Of a stretch of 64,000 nt of DNA, positions 58,421 to 64,000 are shown piece by piece. Every line of letters begins with the position of its first letter. The first letter of the stretch is position 1. The notes under the pieces are model-generated. The model made no database searches. It was not told where the DNA came from and saw nothing but the letters and a program-made list of their open reading frames with translations. Origin of the DNA: a virus (lineage: Duplodnaviria > Heunggongvirae > Uroviricota > Caudoviricetes); IMG/VR virus record IMGVR_UViG_3300017650_000009. One strand, 5' to 3'. The position numbers and the translations under genes are program-made.

Positions 58421-58449
58421 TTTGATCTCCTCAATTAACCGTGTATTTA

Positions 58450-61400
58450 TTAAGCCGAGGGTCCCGGCTTAACATTAGAGTCATTTGAAGCTTTCCACCA
58501 AGCCTTCCAGTTTTTCGAGTAATCCTGTACGGAATGTACTCGGAAATCTGTTGTGTTCCAGCTTTGCAATGCATTCAATGTAGAACCATCAAACACGTCC
58601 ATATTCAATTGTGTTTCTTCATTACGCGAAGAACCACCAGTGCCACGAGCCAATCCTGTCAATGTGTAGGAACCACCACCATTATCCGTAATTCCGGAAT
58701 ATGTTATGCGTTCTGCACCAAGCCAAACAACACCAGTGATGTTGTTCATCAATACAAGTGTCAAACGATCTTCAATTATCGTGTTAACAATTGTTGCATC
58801 AGGAAGTGCTTTGATTTCATCTGCAAGACCAATAAGTCCGAAAATTGGATTCTTCTTGGCTTGTTTTGCAGTGATGTTCTTGCTCAAATCCACATCAATC
58901 GACAAAGCAATTTTCTCACGAATAGAAGCGATATATGCGGGATCATTATTTGCTGGATCAAATAGCGGAAGTGTTCCTGCTACTGTGATTTGCATTTCAC
59001 GATCAGTTGGAGCAAGAACCTGTGCGAGCTTGATTCCGTGATCCTGCAGGAATACACCTTCCCAATTATTAAGGGAATCCTTGAAGAAACGATATGCTGT
59101 TGGTCTTGTACTGATCATATCACCCTGTGATGTTGGCTTACGATAAACAGTAATCATCATTGGGTTACGAACACGCAAACGAACTAGTTCATCAGGATGC
59201 CCACCTTCGAACCATGGTTGAACGAGTTCACCACCCTCAAGGCGAATATCATCAGTTGCTTCAGTCAAATATGGTGCACTATCGCTAACCTGCCATTGAC
59301 TTTGAGCCGGATTAATATCCGTATCACGTCCAACATAAGCTTCAAACTCGCCATCCCATTCGGCCATATCCCAAGCAAACATATCCCAGATACCCTGCTC
59401 GAAAGTACGACCATCAACAACTGTGCCACGGAAATCACAACCACGAATCAAAGTAGTTAGTTCCTTACGACGCATAGTTGCAGATGGTTCGTAGAACTGA
59501 TCAATGCGATCTGCTAGACCACCAGCCCAATTAAGATCCCAGAACACATTGTAGAACTGTTCCCATTTTGCTCCGGTCCACATGAATGTTGTGCGTTCGC
59601 TCTTGACGATTGCAATATCACCCGTACGAAGTGTTGGTGGGTTACCCAAGTTAACTTGTGTTTGCGAGTCACGAGCAATTTGATCACGGAGCACAACAGT
59701 TTCAACCAAATGCTGTTTGTATTCCTGATTTGGAATACGATATTGGTCTGAAAGTGCTGCAAACGTACGAGTATAGTTATTTCCAACCCAACGTTCTTCA
59801 TTGCCATCCCATGGCATCTCAGGCTGTGACCAACCCGCTAGTGGTTCACAACTTACACGATCAAACAACATTGTGATCTTCGGACGACGAACTGGATTCC
59901 AATTAGCATCCCAATTTTCCAAACTGTAGTTGGTCTTCTTGTAATTTTCATACCACCACTTGAGCTGTGGATCATTCTTCATGATTAGTTGATCATTAGC
60001 GTTTTCTGGATCAAGCTTTCTCCATGCTCCTTCACCATTGTTTGCTAGTTCGTCGTAATACATAGGCTTATCAAAGTCTGTGATTACTAGATTTAGGTTT
60101 TCAATCGGCGGAGTCAAACGACGAACAAAGTCACGCACCTTAACATGGTATGGCTTGATATCTTCGATGTAACTCATAATGTTATCGACTTGATCCTTAA
60201 ACACGATTGGACTCTGAGTTAGCTGTTCATTGTAACCGGCCAAATACAAGAACGATGTCTTGAAAATCCAATCCGTATAAGGATGCTGGCTAACAGCTAC
60301 CTTAACCATACTAAAGAACAACTCATTACGTTCAAGACCAGTCAGGAGCTTTGTTCTCAAGCTGTTGATGATCCATTGTAGTTCCCACGAACCATCACGC
60401 TTCTTAGAGCTACCAACCTTGTAATCATCAAAGCCGTATACCATCATACCCGGCGCATAGAAGTTATCAGCAAGACGGATGGTTGCTTTTTCCTTAGCAA
60501 CTTCCAACCAACCATCTTCTGTACGCAAGTACCAAGACCAACGTGTATCTGTCTCACTCTGAGTATCAACTTGAACTAGTGTTCCACCTGGGCTGATTAC
60601 CAATGTGGTGTCAGCATCACGTGCCTGACGATTAGCATAATGCTTGATTGGATAATCGTTTGTTGACCATCCATCAGCATACCAATCAACCGCAGTCCAA
60701 AGTTCACCCTCACGTAGTCTCCAACGTTCAGCTTTCCATAAAACAAAACCACTAGCATTTGCAGCTGGATTGCCCGGAGAGTAGAGCCATAGAGTCCACA
60801 ACCCGTTTGTATCAGGAGTACCATGCATGAGTACCATCTGACCTGGTTCAACAACACCTGTTTCACCTAGTTGTGATAATTCAAATTCGTCAAAAACTTC
60901 ACGAACATATTCAATTGAACTAGGTTCCGGATCATGACTCTCAAATATTTCTCTCCATTCATAACGAGTATCCAACACCGGTTCTCTTGCAAAGATCTGA
61001 TTCAGTGTGTCAACAAATGTCTGGCGAGCATCACGGCCCGGAATTAGGAAACCAAAACCATCTGTATCAACTTTGAACCAAGTCTGCGATGGGCGAATTA
61101 ATGATCCATAACGTTCATGTTCGTTGAGCCACTGATTAGGAACCTTACGACTTGTTTGAATTTCACGAGTCTGTGTTACCTTCGTTCCAGTCGCGTATCG
61201 TAGAGAACCCAATCCGGAAATACCAAAGAATGTGTTGTTGAACAGATACTTGTACTGAACCCAATAATCACCAACTCTAACTTCACCCGATGGAAGGAAA
61301 CCACTAGCATCAGCAACGCTGAAGTGATCAACATTCGGATCAATCATTGTGGTTGCAATTGCGGTGAATGTCTTACGTTCAGCACTTGCATCCCAACCAA

Positions 61401-63999
61401 CGAGTGAATCACGCATTTTGTTCCAAATACGTTCGTCGATATTGTTGCGTTCATCACCTTCGTTAATGAGCTTCCATTCCTTATGATCAGCTCCCTCATT
61501 CTTTGAGGTTTTCCACTTGATCTTCAAGCTAGTTGAATAATCATTTACGTATTGTTTTGCACCACCAACGATAATCTTGTTCGTATCGATAACAGCGAAC
61601 CAAGGAACATCACTTGCATTAGGATCCTGAATGATTGCTGCAATCTGACGAGCTGTTAGACTACGATCTTCACGATGCGGCACAGTAGAACTATGTTTGA
61701 CCCAGAAGTAATAGACTGTTTCGTTTCGGTTCAATTCCTTATTGAACTCAACTAGTTCTACCCAACTTGGATTGCCAAGAATACCCTTAACTGTTCCTGT
61801 AGGCTTTGTACCGGAAGTATCATTACGCTTCTTTTCAACTTCGTTAGCCCACATATTCGGAGCAACAGTTGAGCGTGTCCATTCGTAAATGTTTACCTGG
61901 ATTCCAGGGCAAAGTTTACCCCAGTTTCTCCACTTGTATTCGGTTTCTCCAATTTCATAATCCAAATAACGAGTCGTACTAATGTCCCACCAAATTTCAC
62001 CAACTTGGTTTGCTCCCCAAAGCTTTTCATTCGAGTTACTTGAGCGAGTCAATGGACCATTGGAGTAAATCGCAGGATCATATTCCAACATGTATGCGAT
62101 TTCTTTCTTTGCTGCCGACGGAATATAACCCTTATATGGATCATAAAGTTGAAGCGTCTGAAGTGTTTCGCTTGTGTTGGTATCATAGATTACAGCAGAA
62201 TCAATCATACTTGAATCAATTTTCGGAGTTTCACGACGGATTTCATCCCAATGAATTTCACCATTTAGTTCGGATGCCTCATGAACACCCCAACCCGAAA
62301 CTGCTTCATTTGCTGGTTCCCATTCAGCACGTACGAATGTACCTACAGTTGGCCCAACTTCGGTAAAACTAATAGTTGCAGTTGTATAGCCGGAACCTCT
62401 GTTATCCATCTGGATAGCTTTGATTCTTGCTGGCTTCATAACGCATTCTAGTTCAACTGGAACACTTGCAGAATCATTCTCGATTTTTACAATCGGAGCA
62501 GAGTCATAACCCCAACCCGGAGCAATAACTGTGATTTCCTTAATTGAACCCGCTACTATACTTGTGATACGTGCTTCTGCGCCACGACCACTTGTATATC
62601 GAGGAGTAATCGTAATACGTTCATCACCGGTATAACCGTAGTTTGTATCTGGATTGTTTACCTTAATACGATATACACTTGTTGGTCCTAACAATGCATG
62701 AGCTGCGCCATCTTGACCATCGCCTGTAATAGTTACGATTGGCTCACGAGTATAGAGTGTTCCGTAATTCGTAATCTTCGGACGATCCAATGATTTCTGA
62801 TCGTTATCTTGAATTGGCATATCAGCTACCAGACCACGACCGCCTTGGATACTACGATAAACGTTACCATCATAGGACACCAAATCGTGATACTCATATT
62901 CATCAGTAGTTGTCCATACCTTTGCACGTTCTGCATCGTTACGACCATCATCAAGCAATACTAGATCGCCAGTTTTCCAACCATCAACTGGAAGATTTTC
63001 CGGAAGCATAGGCTCGGTATTATTTGCGAAGTGTACGGAATTCCAAGCTAAAATATCACCACCAGCTCCTGTGATTCCAGTGGTCACTGCATTGTCATTC
63101 AGGTCGTACAATTCAAAACCGCTAGTGTAGTGGTAATCGATAACAAGAGTCAAAAGACCTTCACTTACGCCATCACTATTGTAGAATGCCACCATCTTGT
63201 TATCGTCGTTAATACGATCGTTTAAGTAGAATGATGGAACTGTACCAGCAACTTTCAAGTCAATATCGCGTGAACCAGCAATCGTGTTGTGCACGGTAAG
63301 GAGACCCTTATTCGTTGCACTTACTGTACCGTTTGTTACGTTTGGTGTACTTGTAGGAGCACCGGTTGCAGCGTCGATGACGAACTCAGGAATTTCAATT
63401 TCAATCGAAGTACGTTCTTCAACTTCTGGAACATCAAGTTCAATAGTCTGTACCCAATAATCCGGATTGTTATTGCCATCAGGTGCAGGGAATACAACTG
63501 GGTCACTAACATAGGTCCACTCGTTTAAATTCGGAGCATCAGAAGGTTCAATCAATCGATAACGCCATTGAGCAATCTCAGTATCCTCTAGAACTGCCGG
63601 TGTTGCAATAAGTTCTGCTTGAGCCGGAGCACCACCATTTGGTGTTTCAACCGTTACTGAACCATTTTGCCCAGTCCAAGAGCACTTACCCCAATCATCA
63701 ATTGTGATACTTGTTACGCGCCACAACATAATTGGTTCAACCTGTGCACCAGAACCACCACCACCGCTCACTACAACACGTGGCGCAAACTTATAACCAG
63801 CACCGGTAGTTGGGTGGAACTTAACCGTTGGAACGCCAGCATATGCTTCACCGCCGAAGTCAACATCAATACCAGTAATTGCACCACCACTCATAGTTGC
63901 TGTAACCGCAGCATGTGCACTTGGGTTACCACCCTCAAGAGTTACAATTGGTGTCATTTCCCAACCAGAACCACCAGTTGTTATTGAAATGGAATCTAC
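58450..63999 (-). CDS. Very large baseplate-wedge-like virion protein, 5'-truncated by window edge
   Basis: Frame open to the window edge; repeated I.V..GGxGY..P.V modules, YDPAIY, WWD.ST, KPYHVK, ERITY..LARG..G. Confidence 0.75.
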   Translation of the reverse strand, partial: VDSISITTGGSGWEMTPIVTLEGGNPSAHAAVTATMSGGAITGIDVDFGGEAYAGVPTVKFHPTTGAGYKFAPRVVVSGGGGSGAQVEPIMLWRVTSITIDDWGKCSWTGQNGSVTVETPNGGAPAQAELIATPAVLEDTEIAQWRYRLIEPSDAPNLNEWTYVSDPVVFPAPDGNNNPDYWVQTIELDVPEVEERTSIEIEIPEFVIDAATGAPTSTPNVTNGTVSATNKGLLTVHNTIAGSRDIDLKVAGTVPSFYLNDRINDDNKMVAFYNSDGVSEGLLTLVIDYHYTSGFELYDLNDNAVTTGITGAGGDILAWNSVHFANNTEPMLPENLPVDGWKTGDLVLLDDGRNDAERAKVWTTTDEYEYHDLVSYDGNVYRSIQGGRGLVADMPIQDNDQKSLDRPKITNYGTLYTREPIVTITGDGQDGAAHALLGPTSVYRIKVNNPDTNYGYTGDERITITPRYTSGRGAEARITSIVAGSIKEITVIAPGWGYDSAPIVKIENDSASVPVELECVMKPARIKAIQMDNRGSGYTTATISFTEVGPTVGTFVRAEWEPANEAVSGWGVHEASELNGEIHWDEIRRETPKIDSSMIDSAVIYDTNTSETLQTLQLYDPYKGYIPSAAKKEIAYMLEYDPAIYSNGPLTRSSNSNEKLWGANQVGEIWWDISTTRYLDYEIGETEYKWRNWGKLCPGIQVNIYEWTRSTVAPNMWANEVEKKRNDTSGTKPTGTVKGILGNPSWVELVEFNKELNRNETVYYFWVKHSSTVPHREDRSLTARQIAAIIQDPNASDVPWFAVIDTNKIIVGGAKQYVNDYSTSLKIKWKTSKNEGADHKEWKLINEGDERNNIDERIWNKMRDSLVGWDASAERKTFTAIATTMIDPNVDHFSVADASGFLPSGEVRVGDYWVQYKYLFNNTFFGISGLGSLRYATGTKVTQTREIQTSRKVPNQWLNEHERYGSLIRPSQTWFKVDTDGFGFLIPGRDARQTFVDTLNQIFAREPVLDTRYEWREIFESHDPEPSSIEYVREVFDEFELSQLGETGVVEPGQMVLMHGTPDTNGLWTLWLYSPGNPAANASGFVLWKAERWRLREGELWTAVDWYADGWSTNDYPIKHYANRQARDADTTLVISPGGTLVQVDTQSETDTRWSWYLRTEDGWLEVAKEKATIRLADNFYAPGMMVYGFDDYKVGSSKKRDGSWELQWIINSLRTKLLTGLERNELFFSMVKVAVSQHPYTDWIFKTSFLYLAGYNEQLTQSPIVFKDQVDNIMSYIEDIKPYHVKVRDFVRRLTPPIENLNLVITDFDKPMYYDELANNGEGAWRKLDPENANDQLIMKNDPQLKWWYENYKKTNYSLENWDANWNPVRRPKITMLFDRVSCEPLAGWSQPEMPWDGNEERWVGNNYTRTFAALSDQYRIPNQEYKQHLVETVVLRDQIARDSQTQVNLGNPPTLRTGDIAIVKSERTTFMWTGAKWEQFYNVFWDLNWAGGLADRIDQFYEPSATMRRKELTTLIRGCDFRGTVVDGRTFEQGIWDMFAWDMAEWDGEFEAYVGRDTDINPAQSQWQVSDSAPYLTEATDDIRLEGGELVQPWFEGGHPDELVRLRVRNPMMITVYRKPTSQGDMISTRPTAYRFFKDSLNNWEGVFLQDHGIKLAQVLAPTDREMQITVAGTLPLFDPANNDPAYIASIREKIALSIDVDLSKNITAKQAKKNPIFGLIGLADEIKALPDATIVNTIIEDRLTLVLMNNITGVVWLGAERITYSGITDNGGGSYTLTGLARGTGGSSRNEETQLNMDVFDGSTLNALQSWNTTDFRVHSVQDYSKNWKAWWKASNDSNVKPGPSA

Positions 64000-64000
64000 T

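Noticed and set aside
1-64000. Genome-wide amber (TAG) reassignment
   Set aside because: Long conserved genes are intact under the standard code and some end plausibly at TAG (32785, 41889); only two short leaders show in-frame TAG.
1-64000. CRISPR array, rRNA, integrase or transposase
   Set aside because: No regularly spaced direct repeats or matching motifs seen.

Overview
A 64 kb segment of a large tailed dsDNA phage, most likely a T4-superfamily-like jumbo myophage. The TTGAC..GCTA-N-N-T promoters hint at an alphaproteobacterial host (inference only). The + strand (1-47270) carries Gly/Thr-rich fibre genes, a 3-TM holin-like gene, NAD-dependent DNA ligase, a family-B DNA polymerase split in two by an endonuclease-like ORF, a sliding clamp, 7-deazaguanine genes (QueD-like, folE, queE) with a glycosyltransferase, a 5'-3' exonuclease, a MoxR AAA+/vWA pair, RNA-repair/translation-rescue genes (Rnl1, Pnkp, PTH2) and many small paralogous ORFs. 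The - strand (47247-64000) carries a huge baseplate-type protein, a tail-fibre gene and an 11-gene operon. Strongest candidates for undescribed systems: (1) that operon, with four radical-SAM enzymes, a JmjC/cupin oxygenase and a protein ending in (Cys-His-Xaa-Ser)x3; (2) two short leaders with an in-frame TAT-TAG-CA amber codon, one of which interrupts the PTH2 reading frame; (3) a recurring layout in which a promoter sits inside a hairpin that hides the downstream RBS/ATG. All calls come from motif reading by eye; no database searches were run.
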